From: Pseudomonadota bacterium
GTDB taxonomy: Bacteria; Pseudomonadota; Gammaproteobacteria; Burkholderiales; Burkholderiaceae_F
Reading direction: 5' to 3'
Length of the DNA stretch: 64,000 bases
Assembly (NCBI GenBank): GCA_029778535.1
Contig: JAKOQB010000039.1
Span: forward strand, 41,298-105,297
The position numbers and the translations under genes were made by a program. The number at the start of each line of letters is the position of its first letter. Within the stretch, counting starts at the first letter, position 1. Positions 1 through 8,674 of this stretch are shown here, in pieces. Below the pieces are notes generated by a model. That model was not told the origin of the DNA. It saw nothing but the letters and a program-made list of their open reading frames with translations, and made no database searches.

Positions 1-52
1 AACGGATGTTCGCGCTCGGAGGCTGGCAATGACCGATGCGCGGGACGCGCGT

Positions 53-541
53 TCAGTTGATTGCGATGCGCGCGCGGATCGATGGATTGGCGGAGATCTT
101 GTCGGCGTGCTGTGCCATCAGCCGATCGGCGTGCGGCAGCCGCAGCGCGATGTCGTCGAGCGAAGCCACATAAGCCGGCTGCGTGAGCGCTCGCTGCCGA
201 TCGGCCGGAAGGTCATGGTGCAGGTAGCACTCGCCGAAGTCGAAGCGCTCGCACCGATGCCGCGCGCCCGCCGGTTCGGTCAGCGGGCGAACAAGACCAT
301 GGACGCACAAGCCGAACGCATCGAGCGCTGCTGCGCTGACGGCCGGTGCAGTCGAAGCGGACCATCGCTTCGCCATGCCTCTTGCGGACGGGAAACCGGG
401 TCACGCCGTCCGGCGTCAATACGCGGCACTTGATCTCGAAGTGCGGCGGTGCCGGACCGATCAGATAGCGGCCCTGCGCGAGGCCAGGAAACGGCGACGG
501 ATCGAGCCGCCTTCGAACACCTCGATGCAGTCCTCCGCCAT
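53..541 (-). pseudogene. Small gene downstream of the CoA ligase whose coding signal switches frame twice; family not recognised
   Basis: A minus-strand ATG at 541 (8 nt after the ligase stop) opens MAEDCIEVFEGGSI.. and hits TGA at 461-463. High-GC3 reading continues in a neighbouring frame (..DPSPFPGLAQGRYLIGPAPPHFEIKCRVLTPDGVTRFPVRKRHGEAMVRFDCTG) from about 500 to about 328. It then returns to the first frame (ALDAFGLCVHGLVRPLTEP..FDFGECYLHHDLPADRQRALTQPAYVASLDDIALRLPHADRLMAQHADKISANPSIRARIAIN, stop at 53). The middle frame has no start codon upstream of TTG 419. Confidence 0.3.
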
Positions 542-549
542 CGCCCGGC

Positions 550-2268
550 TCAGCCCGCTCCCGCGGCGCGCTGGCGCAACTTGAAGCGCTGCACCTTGCC
601 GGTCTCCGTGCGCGGCAGCGCGTCGATGAATTCGACCGCGCGCGGATATTTGTAGGGCGCGATCTGCGCCTTGACGAACTCCTGCAGCTCGCGCATCAGC
701 TCGGCGCCGGCATGCACGCCGGGCTTCGGCACCACGTACGCCTTGACGATCTGCCCGCGCTCCGGATCGTCGGCGCCGACGACCGCGCATTCGGCCACCG
801 CCGGGTGCAGCAGCAGCGCGCTCTCCACCTCGGGCCCGGCGATGTTGTAGCCGGCCGAGATGATCATGTCGTCGGAACGCGCGTGATAGGTGAAATAGCC
901 GTCGGTATCCATCGAGAACGTGTCGCCGGGCAGGTTCCAGCCCTGCTTGACGTAGTTGCTCTGGCGCGGATCGGCGAGATAGCGGCAGCCGGTCGGCCCC
1001 TTGACCGCGAGCTTGCCGAGCGTTCCCGGCGGCACGGGCTTCATGTCGTCATCGACCACCTGCGCGACATAGCCGGGGACGACCTTGCCGATCGCGCCTC
1101 GCCTGACTTCGTCTCCCGCGGACGAGATGAAGATATGGATCATCTCGGTCGCGCCGATGCCGTCGATCATCTCGATGCCGGTGGCTTCCTTCCAAAGCTG
1201 CCGCGTCGCGTCGGGCAGCGCCTCGCCGGCCGACACGCTCTTGCGCAGCGAGGGGATCGCCAAGCCGCGGCCGGGCTCCTTCAGCAGCAAAGCGCATTGG
1301 CGGTACATCGTCGGCGCGGTGAAGAGCACCGTGGCGCGCGTCTGCGCGATCAGTTCGAGCAGCGTGTCCGGCGCGAGCTTTTCCGCCAGCACCACGCTGG
1401 CGCCGGCGCGCAGCGGCATGGTCAGCAGCCCGCCGAGCCCGAATGTGAATGCCAGCGGCGGCGTGCCGCAGAAGATGTCGTCCGGCGCCGGCTTCAGCAC
1501 GTGCCGCGGGAACGCGTCCGACATGATCAGGATGTCGCGGTGGAAATGCACGGTGCCCTTCGGCACGCCGGTCGTGCCCGAGGTGAACGCGATCAGCGCC
1601 ACGTCGTCGCGGTGCGTGTCGCAGCCCGCGTAGTCGACCGGCTTGGCGGCCGCGCGCGCGTCGAGCGAGCCGGGCCGGCCGTCGTTGAAGAACAGCACCT
1701 GCTTCAGCGTCGGCGAGTGGAACTCGGAGGCCGGATCGAGGTTGTGCGCCAATTCGTCCTTCAGCCGCACGTCGCACAGCGCGGCGGTGATCTGCGCCTT
1801 GTCGATGATCGGCTTCAGCTCCCGCGCGCGCAGCAGCGGCATCGTGCCGACCGCGATCAGCCCCGCCTTGACGACCGCGAGCCAGCTCGCCGCCATCATC
1901 GGATTGTTCGGGCCGCGCAGCAGCACGCGATTGCCCGGCACCAGCTTCAGATCGTCGATCAGCACGCGCGCGATGCGGTTGACCTGCGCGGTCAGCTGCT
2001 CGTAGGTGCAGGTCACGACTCGGTTGCCGTCGAGCGTGCGCAGCGCGATGCGCCGGCCCCAGCCGCGCTGGACAGTGCGATCGAGCAGCTCAACCGCCGC
2101 GTTCAGCCGCTCCGGATGCCGGTACTCGGGGCGATCGAACAGGAACTCAGGCCACTCGCCGCGTGGCGGCAGGTGATCGCGGGCAAAGGTGTCGACGTGC
2201 GCGGTCAGCGGATTGACCTCGCGCTGTGCGCTCTGGGATGCGCGCCTGGGGCGGCCCGGCGCGCGCAT
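550..2268 (-). CDS. AMP-dependent aryl/acyl-CoA ligase (benzoate / 2-aminobenzoate-CoA ligase-like)
   Basis: C-terminal 572 aa of the 797-aa track ORF. It carries adenylate-forming enzyme motifs: IAFTSGTTGVPKG, GDTFSMDTDGYFTYHARSDDMII and LPRTETGKVQRFKL. The start was trimmed to ATG 2266-2268, which shares one base with the upstream gene's TGA (2268-2270). The longer N-terminal extension is Arg/Gly-rich and overlaps the Bug gene. Confidence 0.85.
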   Translation of the reverse strand: MRAPGRPRRASQSAQREVNPLTAHVDTFARDHLPPRGEWPEFLFDRPEYRHPERLNAAVELLDRTVQRGWGRRIALRTLDGNRVVTCTYEQLTAQVNRIARVLIDDLKLVPGNRVLLRGPNNPMMAASWLAVVKAGLIAVGTMPLLRARELKPIIDKAQITAALCDVRLKDELAHNLDPASEFHSPTLKQVLFFNDGRPGSLDARAAAKPVDYAGCDTHRDDVALIAFTSGTTGVPKGTVHFHRDILIMSDAFPRHVLKPAPDDIFCGTPPLAFTFGLGGLLTMPLRAGASVVLAEKLAPDTLLELIAQTRATVLFTAPTMYRQCALLLKEPGRGLAIPSLRKSVSAGEALPDATRQLWKEATGIEMIDGIGATEMIHIFISSAGDEVRRGAIGKVVPGYVAQVVDDDMKPVPPGTLGKLAVKGPTGCRYLADPRQSNYVKQGWNLPGDTFSMDTDGYFTYHARSDDMIISAGYNIAGPEVESALLLHPAVAECAVVGADDPERGQIVKAYVVPKPGVHAGAELMRELQEFVKAQIAPYKYPRAVEFIDALPRTETGKVQRFKLRQRAAGAG

Positions 2269-3113
2269 CAGTCGACTTTGGCGCCGGAGAACTGGACCAC
2301 GCGCGTCCATTTGTCGATCTCTCTGCGGATGAAAGCGGTGAACTGCTCGGGCGTATCGCCGACCGGGACTGCGCCCTGCGCGGCGAACTTCTCGCGCATC
2401 TCGGCCGGCGCGAGCGCCTTGACGACATCCTGGTGCACCTTGTTCACGGCTTCGCGCGGCGTGCCGGCTGGGGCCGGCAGGCCGAACCACGCGGTGGCGT
2501 CCAAGCCCTTCAATCCGGCCGCCTCTTCGATCGTCGGCACGTTGGGCAGCGCCGCCGAGCGCTGGCGCGACGTGACCGCGAGCGCCGTCAGCCGCCCGCT
2601 GCGGATGTTCGGCAGCGCCGACGGCAGGTTGTCGAACATCACCTGCGTGTTGCCGGCGATCAGGTCCTGCAGCGCGGGCGCGGAGCCGCGATACGGCAGA
2701 TGGACCATGTAGACGCCGGTCAGGCTCTTGAAGAGCTCGCCCGACAGGTTGATCGACGTGCCGTTGCCGCTCGAAGCCATGTTGATCCTGCCCGGGTTGG
2801 CCTTCGCATAGGCGATGAACTCCCTGACGCTGTTCACGGGCAGCGCGTGGTGGATCACCATCACGTTCGGCACCGCGGCCACGTCCGCGCCGATGTTGCC
2901 GCCCGCGCCCGCGCGGTTCTCGATCTCGACCGGCTGGCCCCACGTCTTCTGCAGCTCGACCGCGACCAGCCGCGCGACGATATCGGTGGTGCCGCCGGCC
3001 GGGAACGGCACCACGATCTTCACCGGCTTGTTCGGATATGCGGTCTGGGCTGACGCGCCGGTGACGGACGTTGCCGTGACCGCCGCGACGGCGAGCAGAA
3101 ACTTCCTGCGCAT
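2268..3113 (-). CDS. Bug-family (TctC-like) tripartite tricarboxylate transporter substrate-binding protein, apparently carrying an internal in-frame deletion
   Basis: Signal peptide MRRKFLLAVAAVTATSVTGASAQ. Bug hallmarks are present: YPNKPVKIVVPFPAGGTTDIVAR, ENRAGAGGNIGAD, SSGNGTS and a C-terminal ..KWTRVVQFSGAKVD. ATG 3113 is preceded by AAGGAGA. The product is 281 aa against the usual ~320-330 aa. Confidence 0.8.
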   Translation of the reverse strand: MRRKFLLAVAAVTATSVTGASAQTAYPNKPVKIVVPFPAGGTTDIVARLVAVELQKTWGQPVEIENRAGAGGNIGADVAAVPNVMVIHHALPVNSVREFIAYAKANPGRINMASSGNGTSINLSGELFKSLTGVYMVHLPYRGSAPALQDLIAGNTQVMFDNLPSALPNIRSGRLTALAVTSRQRSAALPNVPTIEEAAGLKGLDATAWFGLPAPAGTPREAVNKVHQDVVKALAPAEMREKFAAQGAVPVGDTPEQFTAFIRREIDKWTRVVQFSGAKVD

Positions 3114-3320
3114 GGTGTCTCCTTCGGTGGTTCGCGCCGAGTCTGCCGTTATCCTCGTGATCCGTCTACAGTTGCCGCGGCGCCGGGGCCAACGCCGCGA
3201 CACAGCCAAGCGTCGACCGCGGCTGGACGGCGGCGAGGCGCGGGACATCTGGTTGCATCCTTGAATTGATCGTTCGGCCGACGATGCGGAGTAACTGCGG
3301 TTTGTCCTCGAAGGATGCAG

Positions 3321-3737
3321 CTACGGCTGCAGAGCCCGTAAAGCCTCGGCGACCGCGACGATTCTGATGCCCTGGTAACTGCGCATCGACAAGAGATGCC
3401 GGTCGCCGGAGAAAGCCAAATCGGCGTGCGCCGTGACCGCAGCCGCGATCACATGATCGTCATCCACGTCGCCCGGTACGACGCGCGGCGTGACGGGCGG
3501 CGACGCACAGATCGCCAGTTCTGCGTACAGCGCGATCGCGTCCTCGACTGAAGTCCGCAGCGCCGTCAGGCGCGAAGCCAGATGCGCATGCATCAGAACG
3601 TCGCGTAGTTCGGAAAGCAAAACCGGCGACATGTACAAAGAAATTTCGCCGGCAGCGGCCGCTTCGATCAATTTGTAGGGCGTACCGTCCCACACGAGCG
3701 CCGAAACGACGACGTTCGTATCGAGGACGATCCTCAC
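3321..3737 (-). CDS. PIN-domain toxin (type II toxin-antitoxin system)
   Basis: 138 aa. It starts MRIVLDTNVVVSAL (PIN acidic motif) and has later acidic positions (..VPGDVDDDHVIAAA.., ..FSGDRHLL). There is a 4-nt ATGA overlap with the upstream small gene, the typical TA arrangement. Confidence 0.8.
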   Translation of the reverse strand: MRIVLDTNVVVSALVWDGTPYKLIEAAAAGEISLYMSPVLLSELRDVLMHAHLASRLTALRTSVEDAIALYAELAICASPPVTPRVVPGDVDDDHVIAAAVTAHADLAFSGDRHLLSMRSYQGIRIVAVAEALRALQP

Positions 3738-3997
3738 GATCGCTTCGAATTCGGCGCTTGCGCCTCGCGCGCACGCCGTTCGGCGCGCGCCGCTTTGACT
3801 TCGGCGACAATCTCGTCATCGCTCATCGGCTCGATGCCTGCGGCATGCAGCCGCTCGGCGACTTGCATCAGTCTGCGGCCCGCGTCGCGCCGCATCGCTT
3901 CCTCCAGCAGCCGCTGAATCGCGCTGTCTGTCAGCAGCCCCGTGTCCTTCGCACGCTGCGCCAGGTCGTCGGGCAGGTTCACCACCAGTTCCGTCAT
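3734..3997 (-). CDS. Antitoxin partner of the PIN toxin
   Basis: 87-aa acidic/basic protein MTELVVNLPDDLAQRAKDTGLL.. ATG 3997 lies 8 nt after a GGGAGA Shine-Dalgarno; the track's longer GTG 4015 start lacks one. Its stop overlaps the toxin start. Confidence 0.7.
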   Translation of the reverse strand: MTELVVNLPDDLAQRAKDTGLLTDSAIQRLLEEAMRRDAGRRLMQVAERLHAAGIEPMSDDEIVAEVKAARAERRAREAQAPNSKRS

Positions 3998-4330
3998 CGC
4001 CGCATCTCCCTTCACACAGTCCGCCAGGCCGTTCGCAACTGCAGCTTGGCTTGGGCAAACTTGAATAGGTCTCGCCGCGCCTTCCTCCAGTCAAGCTGGC
4101 AGCATACATGGCACCTGGCTGTACGATGACTCGCCGGAAAGGCTGGCCCCCCGCCGTGCTTCATCGACTGCAGCGGCTGCTTTCCTCGGATAGGACATTC
4201 ATCGCCGCGAAGATGCGGATCGTGAGCATTGCCAGATCGCCCGCATCGTGCGGGCGGACCGACGAGATGCAGTTGGAACGTGGACGGAAATCGAATCGAC
4301 ATGGGCATTCACTTCGAATCGGGGCAGACC

Positions 4331-5842
4331 ATGCCGCGCTACGTGCTGGCGTTTGACCAGGGCACGACGAGTTCGCGCGCGATCGCGTTCGATCGCGCGG
4401 GCCGCGCGGTCGCCACCGCCCAGCAGGAGTTCCGGCAGATCTTTCCGCAGCCGGGTTGGGTCGAGCACGACGCGACCGAGATCTGGCACACACAGCTCGC
4501 CTGCGCGCAGGACGTGCTGCGGAGAATCGGCGCGAGCGCCGCCGATGTCGCCGCGATCGGCGTCACGAACCAGCGCGAAACGACGGTGATGTGGGACCGC
4601 GCTACCAGCCGGCCGATCGCCCATGCGATCGTCTGGCAGGACCGGCGCACGGCGGATGCCTGCGCTGCGCTGCGCGAGCGCGGGATCGAGGAAGTCTTCA
4701 TGCGCAAGGCCGGGCTGCTGCTCGACCCGTACTTCTCCGGCACCAAGCTCGCGTGGCTGCTCGACCATGTGCCCGGCGCGCGCGCGCGCGCCGAGCGCGG
4801 CGAACTGGCGTTCGGCACCATCGACAGCTGGATCGTCTGGAACCTGACGGGCGGGCGCGCGCACGTCACCGATGTCAGCAACGCGTCGCGCACGCTGCTG
4901 TTCAACCTGCACACACTTGACTGGGACGACGAGTTGCTGCGGCTCCTCGACGTGCCGCGTGCGCTGCTGCCGCGGGTCGTGGCATCGAGCGGCACGGTCG
5001 CCGCCACCGATCCCTCGCTCTTCGGCGGGCAGATCGCGATCGCCGGAATTGCGGGCGATCAGCAGGCCGCGACGTTCGGACAGGCATGCTTCACGCCGGG
5101 CATGGCGAAGAACACCTACGGCACCGGCTGCTTCATGACGATGAACCTCGGCGACGCGCCGCAGCCGTCTTCGGCGCGACTGCTGACCACGCTTGGCTGG
5201 CATCTCGGCGACACCGCGTCCCATTCCGCCGCGCCGGCCACGTTCCTGCGCGAAGGCAGCGTGTTCGTCGGCGGCGCGGTGGTGCAGTGGCTGCGCGACG
5301 GGCTCGGGCTGATCGAAAGCTCGGACGAGATCGAGGCGCTGGCGCGCCAAGTGCCCGACAGCGGCGGCGTGATCCTGGTGCCGGCGTTCACCGGGCTGGG
5401 CAGCCCGCACTGGGACCCGCATGCGCGCGGCTCGATGATCGGCCTCACGCGTGGTACCACGCGCGCGCACGTCGCGCGCGCCGCGCTGGAATCGATCGCG
5501 TTCCAGTCGGCGGAGCTGCTGCACGCGATGCAGCGCGACGCCGCCAGCCCGCTCACCGAACTGCGCGTCGACGGCGGCGCGGCGCGCAACGACCTGCTGC
5601 TGCAGTTCCAGGCCGACCTGATCGGCGTTCCGGTGGTGCGGCCGGTCATGACCGAAACGACCGCACTCGGCGCCGCCTATCTCGCCGGGCTGGCGGTCGG
5701 ATTCTGGTCGGGGCTCCCCGAGATCGCCGCGCAGTGGAAGATGGACAGGCGCTTCGAGCCGCGGATGCCGCAATCGACGCGCGACGCGCTGCTGGGCGAC
5801 TGGCTGCGTGCGGTCGAGTGTTCGCGCGGGTGGGCGCAATGA
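4331..5842 (+). CDS. glpK: Glycerol kinase
   Basis: [21 protein letters not shown].., [33 protein letters not shown] and a ..[16 protein letters not shown] tail are FGGY kinase / GlpK signatures. The start was trimmed to ATG 4331. Confidence 0.95.
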   Translation: MPRYVLAFDQGTTSSRAIAFDRAGRAVATAQQEFRQIFPQPGWVEHDATEIWHTQLACAQDVLRRIGASAADVAAIGVTNQRETTVMWDRATSRPIAHAIVWQDRRTADACAALRERGIEEVFMRKAGLLLDPYFSGTKLAWLLDHVPGARARAERGELAFGTIDSWIVWNLTGGRAHVTDVSNASRTLLFNLHTLDWDDELLRLLDVPRALLPRVVASSGTVAATDPSLFGGQIAIAGIAGDQQAATFGQACFTPGMAKNTYGTGCFMTMNLGDAPQPSSARLLTTLGWHLGDTASHSAAPATFLREGSVFVGGAVVQWLRDGLGLIESSDEIEALARQVPDSGGVILVPAFTGLGSPHWDPHARGSMIGLTRGTTRAHVARAALESIAFQSAELLHAMQRDAASPLTELRVDGGAARNDLLLQFQADLIGVPVVRPVMTETTALGAAYLAGLAVGFWSGLPEIAAQWKMDRRFEPRMPQSTRDALLGDWLRAVECSRGWAQ

Positions 5843-7278
5843 GCGCCGCCGCACCGGCACCGGTGCCGATCGTGCGTGAACAACTGCTCGCGCGGCTGCG
5901 CGAGCCCAGGACGTGGGACGCGGTCGTGATCGGCGGCGGCGCCACCGGGCTGGGCATCGCGCTCGACGCGGCCACGCGCGGTCTGCGCGTGGCGCTGATC
6001 GACGCGCAGGACTTTGCGGCCGGCACGTCGAGCCGCAGCACCAAGCTGGTCCATGGCGGCGTGCGGTATCTGGCGCAGGGCAACCTGAAGCTGGTGCGCG
6101 AGGCGCTCGAAGAGCGTGCAATCCTGCTCAAGATCGCGCCGCACATCGTGCATCCGCTCGAGTTCATCGTGCCGTGCTACCGGCTGCTCGAACGCGAGTA
6201 CATGCGCATCGGACTGGGAATGTACGACCTCGCGGCGGGGCGCTTCAGCATCGGACCCACACGGGCGCTGCCTCGCGAGGAGACCCTGCAGCGCCTGCCC
6301 GGCGTGAAGGCCGAGGGGCTGCGCGGCGGCGTCAGTTACTGGGACGGCCAGTTCGACGACGCACTGATGTGCATCGCGCTGATGCAGACCGCGTACGCGC
6401 ACGGCGCCACGCCGATCAACTACGTGCGCTGCGTCGCGCTGCGGCCGGAGGGAGCTGCCGCGACGGTAGTCGCGCAGGATGTCGAAACCGGCGAGCGGTT
6501 CGAACTGCGCGCGCGCTGCGTGTTCAACGCGGCCGGCGTGTGGGTCGACGCGATCCGCAAGCTCGCGGATCCCGCCGCGCGCCCGGTCACGACGGTGAGC
6601 CAGGGTTCGCACATCGTCGTCGACCGCGAATTCCTGCCCGGCACCGCCGGCCTGATGATTCCGCGCACGCGCGACGGCCGCGTGCTGTTCGCGATTCCGT
6701 GGCATCACAAGGTGCTGATCGGCACCACCGATCAGCCGCGTGCCGACGCGCCGTTCGATCCGCAGCCGTCGAAGGAGGAGATCGACTTCATCATCGAAAC
6801 CGCGGCCGGCTACCTGCAGCGGCCGATCACGCACGCCGATGTGCGCGCCGCCTTCGCGGGACTGCGGCCGCTGTTCTCACCCCAGGCCGCCGGCAGCACC
6901 GCGAAGATCTCGCGCGAACACGCGGTGCTGACGGAGTTCGGCTGCGTGATCTCGGTGGTCGGCGGCAAGTGGACCACGTACCGGCGCATGGCGGTCGACG
7001 CACTCGACGCCGCGGCGCGTGCGGGCCTGCTGCCGGCAGGGCGGTCGAAGACTGCGGACCTCATGCTGACCCAGGACGACGTGCTGATCGCCGCGGCGAA
7101 CTCCGGTTCCGCCGCGGAGGCAGGCCTGCAGCGCTTCGCCGCGCACTGCCGGCGCTTCACCCAGGCGCGCACGAACGCCGACGTACTGGCGCGGCGCGCG
7201 CGCCTCGAATTCCTCGACGGCGACATGTCGTGCAGAAGCGCGGCGCGCCTGCAGTCGGCTACATCGACAGTGGGCTGA
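5839..7278 (+). CDS. glpD: FAD-dependent glycerol-3-phosphate dehydrogenase
   Basis: The N-terminus [53 protein letters not shown] carries the GxGxxG FAD fold. ATG 5839 overlaps the glpK TGA (ATGA). Confidence 0.9.
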   Translation: MSAAAPAPVPIVREQLLARLREPRTWDAVVIGGGATGLGIALDAATRGLRVALIDAQDFAAGTSSRSTKLVHGGVRYLAQGNLKLVREALEERAILLKIAPHIVHPLEFIVPCYRLLEREYMRIGLGMYDLAAGRFSIGPTRALPREETLQRLPGVKAEGLRGGVSYWDGQFDDALMCIALMQTAYAHGATPINYVRCVALRPEGAAATVVAQDVETGERFELRARCVFNAAGVWVDAIRKLADPAARPVTTVSQGSHIVVDREFLPGTAGLMIPRTRDGRVLFAIPWHHKVLIGTTDQPRADAPFDPQPSKEEIDFIIETAAGYLQRPITHADVRAAFAGLRPLFSPQAAGSTAKISREHAVLTEFGCVISVVGGKWTTYRRMAVDALDAAARAGLLPAGRSKTADLMLTQDDVLIAAANSGSAAEAGLQRFAAHCRRFTQARTNADVLARRARLEFLDGDMSCRSAARLQSATSTVG

Positions 7279-7284
7279 CGGGCC

Positions 7285-7313
7285 AAAAAAAAGAGCCGCC
7301 CGAAGGCAGCTCT
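7285..7313 (-). terminator. Rho-independent terminator of the first porin gene
   Basis: The minus strand reads AGAGCTGCC-TTCG-GGCGGCTCT (one mismatch) followed by T8. It lies 20 nt after the porin stop. Confidence 0.75.
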
Positions 7314-7333
7314 AAGAATGTTGCCTTGTCTCG

Positions 7334-8386
7334 TTAGAACTTGTGGCGCAGGCCGAGCGCGATGGTCTGGTTCTTCTGACCCGCGGCGATGTCGTTCAGC
7401 GCATACCACGCGTTCGGCGTCGCGTTGTTCGTGTCCTTCGTCTGCGCGAAGCGGGCATAGATTGTCGTGCGGGCCGACATGTTGTAGTCGCCGCCGATCT
7501 CGAACGACTTCTCCTTGCCGTTGTTCGCATCGTTCTTCGTTTCGCCATACTGGATCAGCGGAACGAACGCGCCGATGGTGTAGTTGGCACCCAGCGACCA
7601 CTGCTTGATCTTCGGGTCTACGCCGGTGACGTTGTCCTGCTTGAACTCGGTGTAGTTCGCGGCGAGCTTCACCCCGCTGAACGTGAAGTTGCCGCCGACC
7701 GCCCACTCCTTGACGCTGTTGACGGTCGCCGACTTCACTTCGTTGTCGTGGTAGCCGAGCACCAGGTTCGCCGGGCCAAAGCCCGCCGACAGGTTCGCGC
7801 CCCAGATGCGTTTCGAGGAGTTGTTGGGATCCTCGCCGGGCGCCCAGGAGATCATGGCCTTGACGGGACCTAGCGCCGGCGTCGTGTACCGCACCTGGTT
7901 GTCCTGGCGCAGCGTGGTGCCGCCGTCCGCCGCGACGATGCCGAAGCTGTTGCCGGGGATCGAGAAAGTCGTGTAGCCGTCGATATCCGAGTCGGCCTGC
8001 GTGTAGAAGATCGGCGCGTACTGGCGGCCGACCAGGATCGAACCGAAGCCGCCATCGAGGCCGACGAAGGCTTGGCGTCCGAAGATCCGTCCGCCCTGCC
8101 CCAGCGTGCCGTTGTCGCTGTTGAAACCGCCCTCAAGGGTGAACACCGCCTTCAGGCCGCCACCCAGGTCTTCCGTGCCGCGCAGACCCCAGCGCGGTCC
8201 ATTCAGGCCACCGGCCGACAACCGGGTTACGTTCTTCTCCTGGCTTGCCGCCGTACCACCCGGGACACTGGTCTTCGCCGACTCGAGGTAGGTATCGATC
8301 AGCCCGTAGAGCGTCACATTCGACTGCGCGTATGCGGCGCCCGAAAAGGCGCCCGCGATCGCCAGAGCCGCTAACGTTTTCTTCAT
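7334..8386 (-). CDS. Outer-membrane general porin (Gram-negative porin family, OmpC-like)
   Basis: Signal peptide MKKTLAALAIAGAFSGAAYAQ, then SNVTLYGLIDTYLE, an alternating beta-strand pattern and the C-terminal ..IALGLRHKF. ATG 8386 follows GGAGA. Confidence 0.9.
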   Translation of the reverse strand: MKKTLAALAIAGAFSGAAYAQSNVTLYGLIDTYLESAKTSVPGGTAASQEKNVTRLSAGGLNGPRWGLRGTEDLGGGLKAVFTLEGGFNSDNGTLGQGGRIFGRQAFVGLDGGFGSILVGRQYAPIFYTQADSDIDGYTTFSIPGNSFGIVAADGGTTLRQDNQVRYTTPALGPVKAMISWAPGEDPNNSSKRIWGANLSAGFGPANLVLGYHDNEVKSATVNSVKEWAVGGNFTFSGVKLAANYTEFKQDNVTGVDPKIKQWSLGANYTIGAFVPLIQYGETKNDANNGKEKSFEIGGDYNMSARTTIYARFAQTKDTNNATPNAWYALNDIAAGQKNQTIALGLRHKF

Positions 8387-8623
8387 CTGTATCTCCAGTT
8401 TTGTCAATGGAACAACACCAAGCCATCCACCCCGGACACGCTGCGTGTCGTCGTCCGACCGCATGCGCCTTGATGTCATGCACTTCCGATGGAAGCTTGG
8501 GCCGATTTTTTCAGACTTCGGTGGCAGCGGCAAAAACGATGCTGGTCAGACACCCAAATTTGGTGTTGTTCTGTCGGATTCCCGCAACAGACATCGACCT
8601 TGGTCGCGCAAACCCAAACACCG

Positions 8624-8656
8624 AAAAAAGAAAGGGGTGCTCCACGCACCCCCTTT
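8624..8656 (-). terminator. Rho-independent terminator of the second porin gene
   Basis: The minus strand reads AAAGGGGGTGC-GTGGA-GCACCCCTTT followed by CTTTTTT. It lies 18 nt after the stop at 8675. Confidence 0.75.
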
Positions 8657-8674
8657 CCTCAGGCGAGCCGGTGA

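Noticed and set aside
2269-2943. The N-terminal 225-aa extension of the CoA-ligase track ORF
   Set aside because: It overlaps the Bug gene in another frame and is Arg/Gly-rich. The ATG at 2268 is coupled to the Bug stop codon and gives a normal ligase length.
4012-4308. A 98-aa minus-strand ORF in the TA-glpK spacer
   Set aside because: It has low GC3, no ribosome-binding site and no motif. It probably lies in non-coding promoter DNA of glpK.
4199-6121. A 640-aa minus-strand ORF
   Set aside because: It is antisense to glpK and glpD and has Arg/Pro/Ala-rich composition with no motifs. It is a GC-driven shadow ORF.
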